From the IMG/VR virus record IMGVR_UViG_3300014019_000001, positions 1 through 64,000 of that record: DNA of 64,000 nucleotides; one strand, given 5' to 3'. Made by a program: the position numbers and the translations under genes. This document shows, piece after piece, positions 1 through 9,632 of the stretch; positions within the stretch are counted from its first letter, which is position 1; every line of letters starts with the position of its first letter. The stretch comes from a virus. Lineage: Duplodnaviria; Caudoviricetes. The notes beneath the pieces are model-generated. The model saw only the letters and a list, made by a program, of their open reading frames with translations, did no database searches and was not told where the DNA came from.

Positions 1-3
1 GTC

Positions 4-1656
4 TCACATAATGACAGGGCTCGGAACCGAGCTGTTCTGGCTCAGAGGATCACCATTGCAATAGCCGGATCCGGACATCAGAAGCGAGCCGTCGTCCATG
101 AGGAACGCGAGACCAGCTTCTGCCGCCGTTCCCACCGGACAGACGTCGATAACAATCCTATTTCCAGTCAGCGCGATGTCGACGGTGGTTCGATTGGCCA
201 CGTCGCCGACGCCGAGCGCGCCGACTGCATTCGACCCCCAGACAGCAACGCGGCCATTGGACAGAAGAGCAGCGCCGCGATTGTTTCCGCCAGTGCCAGC
301 CGCGACGATCTTCACCGCGTTCGCAACACCGGCGATCTGAATGAACGTCGAACTGGCCGCGCCAGCGGCTGTCGGATTTCCGTAGCTATTGCCGGCACCT
401 GCTGCCCAAACCGATCCGTCGGTTTTCCTGATCAGGGCGAACTGGTAGTCGTAGCCGTTCATCGCGACTTCCACCACATCGGTCGCCACCTGAACCGGCA
501 CGAGCTGATTGGTCGTGTTACCATTGCCGAGCTGGCCATAGTTGTTGTAGCCCCACGCATGCAGCGCGCCGGTGCTATCGATAGCGAAGGCGGAGTAGCC
601 GTTGGCAAAGATCTTGGTGATGGTCTTACCCACGATCGACCCCTGAACGATCTGCTTCGGGGTCGTAACAGCCGCAACCAGTCCGTCACCGCACTGTCCG
701 TAGGCATTGTATCCCCAGGTCCAGATCGTGCCATCGGCCTTCAACGCCAGAAAGAAGCCGTAGCGCTCGGCGCCGCCGACCACCTTTGCGACATCGGTCA
801 TGATCTGCACGGTGTTAAGCTTGACCGCCGTCGTCCCGTCACCGACCTGGCCATACTCGTTGCGACCGCAGGCGTGAAGCGTTCCGTCGGTGCACAGGAT
901 CATGAGAGTCGTATATTGTTGATTACCAGACTGTTGAGCAATTGCTGCCACGGTCTTCCCGTAGATCGAATTCGCCGGAACGTCCGAAATGCAGAAGGGA
1001 ACGGTCTTGGCAACGGCGTCACCAGAGGCCATGGTTCCATTCATCGTGGTGGCGTTATTCAGTCCCCAGCCCCACAGCTTTCCGTTCTTGCTGATCACAT
1101 AGTTGCAGCCGGAATAGCTGAGGTAGAGCTTGTCCACGCCGGAGAAATCCGGCGGGAACGCGGGGCGAACGGGTAGAGCGCGCGCAAGCGCCAGGCCGTC
1201 GCCCATGTTGTTGTCGCCACCTGCGCCCCACAGACGCATGCTATCATCTGTCATCACCACGCCAAAGCGACGGTAGATGTCCATCTGACCACCCTTGGCA
1301 TTCTCCGGAAGCTTGAGCACCTTCGTGCCCGAGCGAACATCCGGGTTCATCCAGGCCGGCAGGCCGTTCGCTGCGATACCGAGAACCTGACCGATCTGAC
1401 CGGCGGGGAGCCGTGTCAGCGAGGTTCCGTTGTGATAGATGACGTCGCCATGCGTCGTGGCGATCTTGCGAGCGCCCTGCGAAAACAGAGACCACTTGGT
1501 CGCGTCCGTGCCAGGCGCGACACCCGTCGTGTCGTCCGCCTCGCAGATCCACGCGTCACCGTCGAGCGAGACCACATCCCGTTCGTTGTAGGTGACGCTC
1601 GAATTGTATTCCTTCTTCCATGCAAACGCGATTTTGCCGAGAGAGACGGTTGTCAT
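4..1656 (-). CDS. RCC1/BLIP-II-like beta-propeller protein, putative tail receptor-binding protein
   Basis: Repeated xWGxNxYGQ(L/V/C)GxG RCC1 motifs; N-terminal W-x-x-x-Y..Y..D.V segment shared with the neighbouring paralog; follows the tail fibre gene. Confidence 0.75.
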   Translation of the reverse strand: MTTVSLGKIAFAWKKEYNSSVTYNERDVVSLDGDAWICEADDTTGVAPGTDATKWSLFSQGARKIATTHGDVIYHNGTSLTRLPAGQIGQVLGIAANGLPAWMNPDVRSGTKVLKLPENAKGGQMDIYRRFGVVMTDDSMRLWGAGGDNNMGDGLALARALPVRPAFPPDFSGVDKLYLSYSGCNYVISKNGKLWGWGLNNATTMNGTMASGDAVAKTVPFCISDVPANSIYGKTVAAIAQQSGNQQYTTLMILCTDGTLHACGRNEYGQVGDGTTAVKLNTVQIMTDVAKVVGGAERYGFFLALKADGTIWTWGYNAYGQCGDGLVAAVTTPKQIVQGSIVGKTITKIFANGYSAFAIDSTGALHAWGYNNYGQLGNGNTTNQLVPVQVATDVVEVAMNGYDYQFALIRKTDGSVWAAGAGNSYGNPTAAGAASSTFIQIAGVANAVKIVAAGTGGNNRGAALLSNGRVAVWGSNAVGALGVGDVANRTTVDIALTGNRIVIDVCPVGTAAEAGLAFLMDDGSLLMSGSGYCNGDPLSQNSSVPSPVIM

Positions 1657-1665
1657 CTGATCCTC

Positions 1666-3354
1666 TTAAAACATGATCTGAGCTGGGGTGACACGATTCT
1701 GCCCCGCCCAATCGCCAAGTGAGTAGGCGGCCCCAACACCCGCCGAGTAGACACCCCCTTCGGACGTGAGAAAGTGGCACTGTGCGTTGTCAGCGAGTGC
1801 TGTGGTCCACAGCGCTCCAGAGAAGGCAAAGTCCACGATCGTCCGATCGAGAAGCGTGAAGCCAGCCTCCAGCGGCGACCCGTTTGCAGCGGCGACACCC
1901 GATTTCGTATTACCGGCGAACGTCGAGCCGTAGCCCCAGCCAACACATCGACCGTCCGAGCGCAGTGCCATGGCGCAGGAGGCATAATTGACCGATCCCA
2001 TGCGCAGCTTGGTGACGTTCTTCAGATAGTCACCGCCGATCGCAGTCCAGGTGGTGTGATTAACCCCTTCGCCGAGCCCGTAGCTGCCGTAGCCGGCGTG
2101 AACGACCGTGCCGTCCTTCAGAAGAGCGACACAGCGATTGTATTTGCCGGAACCGAGATAGGCATCTTCAACGTTGTCATGCACCTTATAAGGCATGAGG
2201 CTGTTGCCAGTGCCTGATGCAAAAATGTTGCCAGTATAGCCGGTGCCATAAGACCCATACTCGTCGTGACCCCAGCGGTAGAGCGAGCCGTCTTCCAGCA
2301 GGATGCCATAGGAACGATAATACTGGCTGCCAGTGGCAGAATGATCGTCGTCTTCTGCGCCGAAGAATTTCTTCACACGGTTGTTAAAGCCCCAGGGCAT
2401 GAAAGGCGTGAAGCCGGCCGGCGCAAATCCGAGTCCGGTAGCGTCACTCTCCCCAGCCAGATAGAGGATGCCGTTGACGTCGATCAGAGCGGTTGTGGCA
2501 TATTGCGCACTCATGATGAAGATGTCCTTCATCGGGATCGTCAGCGACAGTGTGACAAGCTTCGGCGTGGTGATGGCAGCCGTTGCGCCGCCGTCGGGAA
2601 TGGCTGCGTTTCGATTGCTTCCCCACAGATAGGCCAAACCATTACTGTCGATGCAGCCCATCGTTTTGTAGCCATAGCGACCCTGATTGACGTAGATCTT
2701 CGTGATCACAGCGTCGGCGGGGAGATCACCACTGCCATTGATTTTCTTAGGCACGAGGGCAACAGTCGAACCGCCATCTCCAGCCGCGCTTCCGACATTC
2801 GGACCGGAATACCAAAGGCCGCCCTTTGCATCGAGGTAATAGGTGTCGCCAGCGTAGCCTGACACCACTTTGATGATAGACGGCGTGCCAGGCGGAAAAC
2901 CGACCTTCACCGGCAGAACGTGATTAACCTCGGCGGCCAAGCCGTTGCCAAGCGCGCCGTTTACCGACTTACCCCAGCCACGCACCGAGCCGTCATTCAT
3001 GATGGCGAACATATGGCCGGGATTGAACCAGGCGCCGCAGTCCGCGCCGGTAGTCGTATCCGCAAGAGCTGTGGCGATCACGCCGTTCCGTCCATCCATG
3101 AAGCGAAACTCAACACCAGCCTCGCCCTTGGAATGAAGCACCATCTGAGAGCGACCCGAGACCGCTCCGGAACCAACGACCAGCTCACCCGCCTTCCCGG
3201 CATCAACTTGACCGAGAACGAATTCCTCAAACGCTCCGCTCCGGTAGACCCACGCCCCGCCATTCCTGTAGACGACATCGCGCTCGCGATAGGCGAGATA
3301 GTGCGAGTAGAGGCCCCGCCAGCAATAGCCGATCTTCTCCAGTTCAATTTTCAT
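1666..3354 (-). CDS. RCC1-like beta-propeller protein, putative tail receptor-binding protein (paralog of 4..1656)
   Basis: DGSVRGWG..NGALG and DGSLYRWG repeats; N-terminus (LEKIGYCWRGLY..YRERDVV) similar to 4..1656. Confidence 0.7.
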   Translation of the reverse strand: MKIELEKIGYCWRGLYSHYLAYRERDVVYRNGGAWVYRSGAFEEFVLGQVDAGKAGELVVGSGAVSGRSQMVLHSKGEAGVEFRFMDGRNGVIATALADTTTGADCGAWFNPGHMFAIMNDGSVRGWGKSVNGALGNGLAAEVNHVLPVKVGFPPGTPSIIKVVSGYAGDTYYLDAKGGLWYSGPNVGSAAGDGGSTVALVPKKINGSGDLPADAVITKIYVNQGRYGYKTMGCIDSNGLAYLWGSNRNAAIPDGGATAAITTPKLVTLSLTIPMKDIFIMSAQYATTALIDVNGILYLAGESDATGLGFAPAGFTPFMPWGFNNRVKKFFGAEDDDHSATGSQYYRSYGILLEDGSLYRWGHDEYGSYGTGYTGNIFASGTGNSLMPYKVHDNVEDAYLGSGKYNRCVALLKDGTVVHAGYGSYGLGEGVNHTTWTAIGGDYLKNVTKLRMGSVNYASCAMALRSDGRCVGWGYGSTFAGNTKSGVAAANGSPLEAGFTLLDRTIVDFAFSGALWTTALADNAQCHFLTSEGGVYSAGVGAAYSLGDWAGQNRVTPAQIMF

Positions 3355-5126
3355 AGATGCATCACCAGAGCATTGTTGACGATTGAGAAGGAGACGCGCG
3401 TCATCACCGCCCAGGTGGCGAAGTCCTTCACCTTGAAGTCGCTGGTCTGATCAGTGGTCATCAGGAGATGGCCGTCGGGAGACAGGTTGAAGCCGTAGAA
3501 GGTCGGCTTCTTCAGCGCCTCGGCGAGTGCGTCATCAAGACCATCTACATCCGAAGTCGGATGACGATGAATAATAGGCGCCTTACCCGCGAGCTGATTG
3601 AGAATGGTCGCGGCGAAGTTTGGATCGTTGCCGAGAGCCTCGGCGATCTCCCGAATTGTGTCCAACGCGCCCGGCGCACCGTTGATCAAATTGGCAATCG
3701 CAGCCTGAAGCGCTGCCATGGTCGCAATCTGATTCGTATTCGTGCCCAGCGCGGCCGTAGGTGCCGTAGGAGTGCCTGTCAGAGCCGGACTGTCCTTCGA
3801 GGCGAGAAGCGCCACCGTGTCGAGAAGATCATCAATCTCCGCCATGCCGTGGCGATGACCAACAAGAGAGCGCGCATCCAGCGCGGACTGAAGACCCGTG
3901 ATCTGATTGATACCGTGTTGATGAACGATGGCGGCCGCGTAGGCGATGATAGCCTCCCGCACAAGAGCAGCCGTCCAGGAGGTTTCCTCCATGGAGGCGC
4001 CATTGGCAGCGTCCTCCATTGTTGTAAGCGGCATCTTGTGGTGAGCGCGAATGTTCTCTCGCGCTTCATCAGGATCGGCAAAGTCTGCGCCATTGGCGTC
4101 CTTTCGCATATAGTCGTCGAAAAGTGTCCCATCGACGGCATCAACGATCGCCTGAGTATCGAGCTTAGCCTGTTGGGCGGCTGCATTGGCAGTTTCCGCA
4201 TCGCTCTGCGCCTGAAGCGCAATGTCACGCGCCGACTGAGAGGCATCGCGTGCGCCAATCGCATCGTCGCGAGCCTGGTCGGTGGCAGCCTTGGCGGTAT
4301 CGACAGCGGCCTTGGCGACATCCACCTGCCCCTTGGCGATCAGAACATCCTGACGATCGGCGGCGGCGGCGTTGGCCGAGGCGGCTGCAGCGTTCTCCGA
4401 GACGAGCGCAGCCTGCTGAGACGCGAGTGCGTCAGCGGCAGATGCAGCGGCCGCGTTCTCACTCGCCAGCGCGTCAGCAGCGCTCACAACGGTTTCCTGC
4501 GCTTTCTGCATGGAAGTGTCGCGAGCGGTCTCCGACGCGGCCTGGGCGTTCTCTGCATCGATTTTCGCAGCTTCCGCAGCGGTGCGCGCAGTGACAGCGC
4601 CGGTCTCGGCTGCCTGGGCGGCGTTACGAGCGACCAGAGACTCGTTCCGGAAGATTTCCGTCTCATCGCGGAGATCAGAAGTCGCGGACTCGAGATCCGA
4701 CGCCTCAAGTGCGGAATTTGCAGCGGCAAGAGCGGAAGCTTGAGCCGCCGCCGCCGAGTCTTCCGAATTCTGGGCGCTGTTAGCGGACGCGAGAGCAGAG
4801 ACGTCGGACTGATCGCGGAAACCTTCGGCAGCGAGCTGAGCTGCCTCAGCCGCTGTTGCGGAAGTGGCGGCGTCGATGGCGCTCTGGTCCGCTTGTTCAG
4901 CAAACGCCTGTGCGGCATCTCGGGCCGCGATCGCCTCGGGTGTCACGTCGCCGGTCGGTCCAAGGCTGATCAAATCCACCTGTGGAATTTCAGCGCCAAA
5001 GGACTCAATCTCGATCTCTTCACCAACGATGAGACTGATTACCTCGGCCTGCGGGACTTTGTGGCCGCCGAAGGACTCGATTTCGATCTCGTCGCCGACA
5101 ACGAGGCTGATGACGTTCTCTGCCAT
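3351..5126 (-). CDS. Tail fibre protein
   Basis: Ala-rich coiled repeats, SPALTGTPTAPTA..TNTNQIAT and APGALDTIREIAEALGNDPNFA tail-fibre motifs, HxH repeats; start set at MAENVIS (5126). Confidence 0.85.
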   Translation of the reverse strand: MAENVISLVVGDEIEIESFGGHKVPQAEVISLIVGEEIEIESFGAEIPQVDLISLGPTGDVTPEAIAARDAAQAFAEQADQSAIDAATSATAAEAAQLAAEGFRDQSDVSALASANSAQNSEDSAAAAQASALAAANSALEASDLESATSDLRDETEIFRNESLVARNAAQAAETGAVTARTAAEAAKIDAENAQAASETARDTSMQKAQETVVSAADALASENAAAASAADALASQQAALVSENAAAASANAAAADRQDVLIAKGQVDVAKAAVDTAKAATDQARDDAIGARDASQSARDIALQAQSDAETANAAAQQAKLDTQAIVDAVDGTLFDDYMRKDANGADFADPDEARENIRAHHKMPLTTMEDAANGASMEETSWTAALVREAIIAYAAAIVHQHGINQITGLQSALDARSLVGHRHGMAEIDDLLDTVALLASKDSPALTGTPTAPTAALGTNTNQIATMAALQAAIANLINGAPGALDTIREIAEALGNDPNFAATILNQLAGKAPIIHRHPTSDVDGLDDALAEALKKPTFYGFNLSPDGHLLMTTDQTSDFKVKDFATWAVMTRVSFSIVNNALVMHL

Positions 5127-5128
5127 GC

Positions 5129-5470
5129 CTACCTCGTGATCGGTTGCTGCACAGGAACGATCAGACGAAAGCCGAGATGTTGCGGAGTCAGGCCATCGGT
5201 GCGAACGATGTCGATGTAGACCTTGCGCGACGGCCACCCGGCGGTCGCCGCGCCGGGGACCGTCAGATTGATGGTGCGTTCGTCAATGAGCACGGCGCCA
5301 CCGTTATCGGTGGTCATAGTGTGCAGCACGTCATCGACTTCAGGTGCACGACGGACCTGAGCGCGGAACGTGGCGCCGACCGGAAAGATCGCCTCGCCAC
5401 CGATGACGAGACGCATGGACCAGTCGTAGCCGGCCTGAATAACCTTACCCGGAACTTTAACAGACGCCAT
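5129..5470 (-). CDS. Small tail/baseplate-associated Ig-like protein (BppU N-terminal-like)
   Basis: IQAGYDW..FRAQVR..TL.T..G..YIDIV pattern typical of fibre-anchoring domains; RBS AAAGGAG. Confidence 0.55.
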   Translation of the reverse strand: MASVKVPGKVIQAGYDWSMRLVIGGEAIFPVGATFRAQVRRAPEVDDVLHTMTTDNGGAVLIDERTINLTVPGAATAGWPSRKVYIDIVRTDGLTPQHLGFRLIVPVQQPITR

Positions 5471-5517
5471 CGGAAACTCCTTTGGCAGAATTATAAGTAA
5501 GTGATTACCTACTTACA

Positions 5518-5615
5518 AGCCGGAAGTTGTTCCCTCGCCTTCTTCATACTTGTCTACTGTCTGAATAGAAGAATGTTAGAAGAGTATGAAGAAGGCGAGG
5601 GAACGCTCCGGCTCG
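5518..5615. repeat. Inverted-repeat element, copy 1 of 3
   Basis: Perfect 22-bp arms GTTCCCTCGCCTTCTTCATACT / AGTATGAAGAAGGCGAGGGAAC with outer AGCCGGA/TCCGGCT and AT-rich spacer. Confidence 0.85.
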
Positions 5616-5930
5616 TCAGTAGGAATCCCACACATCGTCGTAGAAGGATTCGCACCGGTCCTGACGCGCCTGCTGCCGTTCGAGAGCCTTCCGCTCCGCC
5701 CGGAGCGCTACACGCGCTTCGGCGCCGACAACAAGGGGCGCGTGCTCCTCTTTCTTGCGCATCGCGCATTCGGCCGGGCGCTCCGCCAGATGGATCTCCG
5801 CCTCGGCCGCTGCCTTCTGTGCGGATACCTCGATCAGACGCTTCTCAAGGCTTGCGCAGCCAGTCAATGTCAGCGCCATCAAGCTCGCAGCGACGACCAG
5901 CAGCTTCGAGACGGGCTTCGTATTCGGCAT
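5616..5930 (-). CDS. o-spanin (Rz1-like lipoprotein)
   Basis: MPNTK..LMALTLTGC lipobox; overlaps the 3' end of the i-spanin in another frame. Confidence 0.75.
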   Translation of the reverse strand: MPNTKPVSKLLVVAASLMALTLTGCASLEKRLIEVSAQKAAAEAEIHLAERPAECAMRKKEEHAPLVVGAEARVALRAERKALERQQARQDRCESFYDDVWDSY

Positions 5931-6237
5931 TTTCTTGCTCCAGGCGAGCCTTTTCGGCGTTGTTGAGAGCGTCGGCTTTCTCAAGAGCCTCAGCATGTTT
6001 TCGGGAAATGGCTTCGGCCTTCTCGCGACGCACTTGCTCAATCTGGATCTTAGTCTCCAGAGCCGTCTTCTCCGCAAGAACGACATAGCCTTCGCGCGCC
6101 TCTCGTGCGACGTCAGGATAGGCGATCAGGTGGTTGTAGCTCATCCAGATAACGCTGGAGATCACGATACCGGCGAGTGCTCCAAGCACGGCGCCGACGC
6201 CCAGAATCAGGGTGTTCTTCGTCGGAAGCGCGATCAT
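5845..6237 (-). CDS. i-spanin (Rz-like)
   Basis: N-terminal TM helix followed by coiled coil and C-terminal Cys; in lysis cassette. Confidence 0.75.
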   Translation of the reverse strand: MIALPTKNTLILGVGAVLGALAGIVISSVIWMSYNHLIAYPDVAREAREGYVVLAEKTALETKIQIEQVRREKAEAISRKHAEALEKADALNNAEKARLEQENAEYEARLEAAGRRCELDGADIDWLRKP

Positions 6238-6503
6238 TCACCCATCTCCGGCTCAACTCGTTCCGATCGGGCGTGCTTGCGCTTGTCGTTGTCATCCCAG
6301 ACAGCGCCGAAGATGTAAGATCCGGCGATTGCGACAACGAGACCGAGCAGCGAGACCAGCGCATTCTGGTGCAGGGCATTGTCGCTGCCCCAGATGATCA
6401 GGTATTCAATGTTGAGCATCGCCCACGCGAGGATGACCTTCATCCAGCGGCGACGGATCTGCCAGTTGTCCGCGACCAGGAGGGCTTTCAGAGCCTTACC
6501 CAT
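6234..6503 (-). CDS. Putative holin (two TM helices)
   Basis: Two hydrophobic segments and charged C-terminus, between endolysin and spanins. Confidence 0.6.
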   Translation of the reverse strand: MGKALKALLVADNWQIRRRWMKVILAWAMLNIEYLIIWGSDNALHQNALVSLLGLVVAIAGSYIFGAVWDDNDKRKHARSERVEPEMGE

Positions 6504-6885
6504 CGGACTTCTTCCTGCGGCGCGGCGAAACGACCGGAACAAGATCCTCATCATCGACGACATCAGCGGGCGTCTCGTCGAGTTCGACCGGGGACGTGGC
6601 GTCGAATTCGCCCTCGTTCAGGTCTTCCTCATCCAGCTCGAAGGTGCCGGGAAAGCGGGTCTCGACCTTCTCGATGAAGGGAAGAGCGATCGCTTCGACC
6701 TCGTTGGTTTTCATGATGTGGTTGATGCCGTCGATGACCTCCTGTCGAAGAACGCCGTCGATGATCCTGATCGGATAGCTGAGGTGAATGATACCCTGGA
6801 GCGCGATCATGGCGCGCTCCGCGCCGATCTTCGCCGACGCTTCGTTGACGGCATCGAGGAGAACCTGGGGAAGCTTGTCGAGCAT
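6496..6885 (-). CDS. Hypothetical protein with acidic C-terminus
   Basis: ORF tightly packed in the lysis cassette; start MLDKLPQ. Confidence 0.6.
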   Translation of the reverse strand: MLDKLPQVLLDAVNEASAKIGAERAMIALQGIIHLSYPIRIIDGVLRQEVIDGINHIMKTNEVEAIALPFIEKVETRFPGTFELDEEDLNEGEFDATSPVELDETPADVVDDEDLVPVVSPRRRKKSDG

Positions 6886-6886
6886 G

Positions 6887-7396
6887 TTATGCCTCATTGG
6901 TGGAGACGCGACCGTCGCTGGAGATGGTCGGGAGATTGAAGCGGTGCTCGGCCGGATAGATGGACGGCCAGCGATAGCCGACGACACGGTTGAGCGCGAA
7001 TGGCTTGATATTCACGGCATCACCCTGATTGCCGCCGAGAACCATGAGGTTGCCCTTCTGATCCTTGCCAACCACGAAGCCGACATGGCCTCCTCCGTCG
7101 CGCGAGAAGACGACGATGCAGCCGACAGCAGGCTTGCTGAGCTTCACGCCGTAGTCGTTCCAGGCGCGAGCAGACGCCCCTGCCCCCTTGGCAGGCACAG
7201 CGAAGCCGGCCTCCTTCAGAACGCCGCCGACGAAGGCGCCGCACCAAGCGGTTTCGTCATCGGTGAACCACGGGGCGCCGATGTCCTTCCACCACTGAAC
7301 GATCTTGGGATTGTGCTTGCCGCCCTTGATCTCGCGCTCGCCGATGTAGCGGGCGGCGTTGTCGAGCCAGGCGAGTCCGGTAGGCTTCAGAGACAT
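6887..7396 (-). CDS. Endolysin, TIGR02594-like (NlpC/P60/CHAP-type)
   Basis: DDETAWCGAFV, GGGHVGFVVG and LGGNQ motifs; start MSLKPTG. Confidence 0.85.
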   Translation of the reverse strand: MSLKPTGLAWLDNAARYIGEREIKGGKHNPKIVQWWKDIGAPWFTDDETAWCGAFVGGVLKEAGFAVPAKGAGASARAWNDYGVKLSKPAVGCIVVFSRDGGGHVGFVVGKDQKGNLMVLGGNQGDAVNIKPFALNRVVGYRWPSIYPAEHRFNLPTISSDGRVSTNEA

Positions 7397-7406
7397 AAGT
7401 AACCTA

Positions 7407-7691
7407 TTACTGATCAATAACGATAGGCGAAGACGCCTTCGAGGCGGCTGACTTCGTGCCGATCGCGAACGTGAGCTGGTCAACCTTCCGATTGAGGTCC
7501 TTCAGCTCGGCGAGAATGTCCTTGGTGTTCTGCTTGTCTTCGGCGATGTATTCGGCATGCGTCTGAAGCGTGAGCTCCTGTGCGACTGCGTGAGCCGCGA
7601 TTTTCCAGCCGAACGTTACGAGTGCAATCAGGCTCAGGACGAAGGTCACGCGAGCCGGAGTCACTGCAAAGCCCTTATCTTCAGCGCTCAT
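7407..7691 (-). CDS. Membrane protein (single TM + coiled coil), holin/antiholin-like
   Basis: One TM helix then coiled coil, directly upstream of the endolysin. Confidence 0.5.
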   Translation of the reverse strand: MSAEDKGFAVTPARVTFVLSLIALVTFGWKIAAHAVAQELTLQTHAEYIAEDKQNTKDILAELKDLNRKVDQLTFAIGTKSAASKASSPIVIDQ

Positions 7692-7751
7692 GATTTCCGT
7701 CCTTAAAGAAGGATTACAGATGCGCCATCATAAGGCATCAGTTACTTACAT

Positions 7752-8066
7752 TCAAGCCGAAGGCGAAGGTTCTTCTGTCTGCGCGGCAATCTTCGCCTCC
7801 AGCTCGTCGGCGCACCTCTCCAACACGTTCCGCTCGATTTCCAGCGCAAGCATCGCGCGCTCAAGCAATCGACTGACGCGAGGATCAGTGGGCAGCATCT
7901 TCTCGTCCTCGGCGCAGATGTAGCGCTCCGTGAGAGTATGCTCGACGCCCTGGTGCGTCATCGTTGTGGGTATGTCCCAGGCGATTGCCAACCCGTTCTC
8001 CACCACAGGAGCCGGCGAAACGGGAAGCGTGGCATAGCGCATGTTCCAGACGAACCTGTCAGTCAT
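7752..8066 (-). CDS. Hypothetical tail-associated protein
   Basis: ORF in tail operon with RBS GAGG. Confidence 0.55.
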   Translation of the reverse strand: MTDRFVWNMRYATLPVSPAPVVENGLAIAWDIPTTMTHQGVEHTLTERYICAEDEKMLPTDPRVSRLLERAMLALEIERNVLERCADELEAKIAAQTEEPSPSA

Positions 8067-8075
8067 GTCAGCACC

Positions 8076-8885
8076 TCAATGAGTAAATTTACCGACCCGA
8101 ATTGTCAGGTCGAAGGTGTAGGAGCTCTCACCCGCCGGCGCTGTCCGGGGAATGTTGCCAATGTAGGTGCCTCCGTATTTTACCTCGCAGGTCATTCCCT
8201 TCCAGGTGGAGACTGACCGGAAGATTCGATTGGAGTGCTTGAACTGCACCTTCACAATACCGTCCTCCACAAACACGCTCATGATGCGCGTCAGCCAGGG
8301 AGTGCCGTCACGAAGGTCGCTGGAGGTTTCGACAATCGAGGTGTTGTTGGCAATGAAGGATCGATCAAGCGGCAGGCCGCACGGGAGCGGACCGATGTCA
8401 GCCAGCGACCCCTGTTTGGTTCGATGCGCGACGGCGTTGATCAAGAGGAAATCAGCGTTGAGGCTATTGACGATTCCGCCGATGGGAAGTGTTGTTTCCC
8501 ATTCGCGCGCTGTGTAGTCGAAACCCTGGTAACTCCACCACTCGTCGTAGTTGATCCATTCATATTCACAGGTGTATTTCTGCCGGCAGGCATAAACGTT
8601 CTCGCAAATCTGCCGGGCCGGACTAACACTGAAGTCCCACCTACATTCTTGCTCGAACCCGCACACCGTCCGGTATTTACAAACATTTTCACGGCGCGCG
8701 CACGTCGGGCTGTTCGGGAAGACAGAATCCTGGCGCCAGTATTTCGCCGGCACGGCGGGAAAATCCACCGAAACGGAAGCAGTGAGCGTCTGGATGATAT
8801 GAGGCATCGGCTTGTTGGTGTCGAAGATCACCTTGCCGTCCTGATTGAGCAGGAAAATACGATCGTTGGATGCGAAGAAGCTCAT
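8076..8885 (-). CDS. Tail-associated protein with Cys-rich insert
   Basis: DGKVIFDT motif typical of tail-tip accessory proteins; seven Cys within ~45 aa. Confidence 0.6.
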   Translation of the reverse strand: MSFFASNDRIFLLNQDGKVIFDTNKPMPHIIQTLTASVSVDFPAVPAKYWRQDSVFPNSPTCARRENVCKYRTVCGFEQECRWDFSVSPARQICENVYACRQKYTCEYEWINYDEWWSYQGFDYTAREWETTLPIGGIVNSLNADFLLINAVAHRTKQGSLADIGPLPCGLPLDRSFIANNTSIVETSSDLRDGTPWLTRIMSVFVEDGIVKVQFKHSNRIFRSVSTWKGMTCEVKYGGTYIGNIPRTAPAGESSYTFDLTIRVGKFTH

Positions 8886-9601
8886 ACCTCTACTCCGACA
8901 CCGGGCTCGCCGGCGAAATTACCTGCGTATGGCGTCCGCGTGATCACTGATCCGCCAGCAGTCACGATGCGAAACGAGCCATTGTTCACATCTGCCGTCT
9001 TGCCTTTCGAGAACCAGAACATCGGGTTCTCGGTCGCTCGGCGCAGATAGTTGTTGTTGGAATCCAGCTTTCCACGCGAGGCAACGAAACGCGCTGGTTC
9101 AGCCATGATAGCCTTAGACGTGTTCGGCTGAATCGGCTGACTGAACAGGATGACCTTATAGGTCTGGACAATCTCAGGCAGTGTCGTCTGATAGACCCAA
9201 GCGGTTTCGAATACACGGATAGCGCCTTCGTCGATCTCCACTGCGACCGTCCGAAATGACGTGCCAACGTTCTGAATCTGTGTATTGGCCGGAAGCATCT
9301 CGCTCCCGATGAACACCAGGCCGTGCGGCTGATAACCGAGATTGTGAGCGAGCGACGTCACCTCATCCGAGACCGGATTGGGGTCGGCATAGGCGTGGAG
9401 CTCGCTGGTCGTCCCCTTCTTTGCGCGAACGGGATGGGTAACGGTGAATTCGATGGTGACGGGCGCGGAAACGTAATCGAGCGCGCTGTGGAAGTAGACG
9501 GCCGCCATGTTGTCGAGCGGGTTCGTCAATGCCCCAGGAACGGCCGGATCGTAGATCGCGACCGTCCCGTCGTTTCCATCAGCGTATAGTTTCTTCGCCA
9601 T
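8882..9601 (-). CDS. Tail-tip accessory protein
   Basis: Follows J; HNLGYQP motif; start MAKKLYA. Confidence 0.6.
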   Translation of the reverse strand: MAKKLYADGNDGTVAIYDPAVPGALTNPLDNMAAVYFHSALDYVSAPVTIEFTVTHPVRAKKGTTSELHAYADPNPVSDEVTSLAHNLGYQPHGLVFIGSEMLPANTQIQNVGTSFRTVAVEIDEGAIRVFETAWVYQTTLPEIVQTYKVILFSQPIQPNTSKAIMAEPARFVASRGKLDSNNNYLRRATENPMFWFSKGKTADVNNGSFRIVTAGGSVITRTPYAGNFAGEPGVGVEV

Positions 9602-9632
9602 CGAGCCAATATAAGTAAGGAATGACTTACTG

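Noticed and set aside
4-3354. Diversity-generating retroelement or invertible tail cassette
   Set aside because: No reverse transcriptase, invertase or near-identical template/variable repeat visible in the window
5518-5615. Protelomerase telRL site or MITE
   Set aside because: Three dispersed copies with non-palindromic spacers, no target-site duplication, and no protelomerase or transposase in the window
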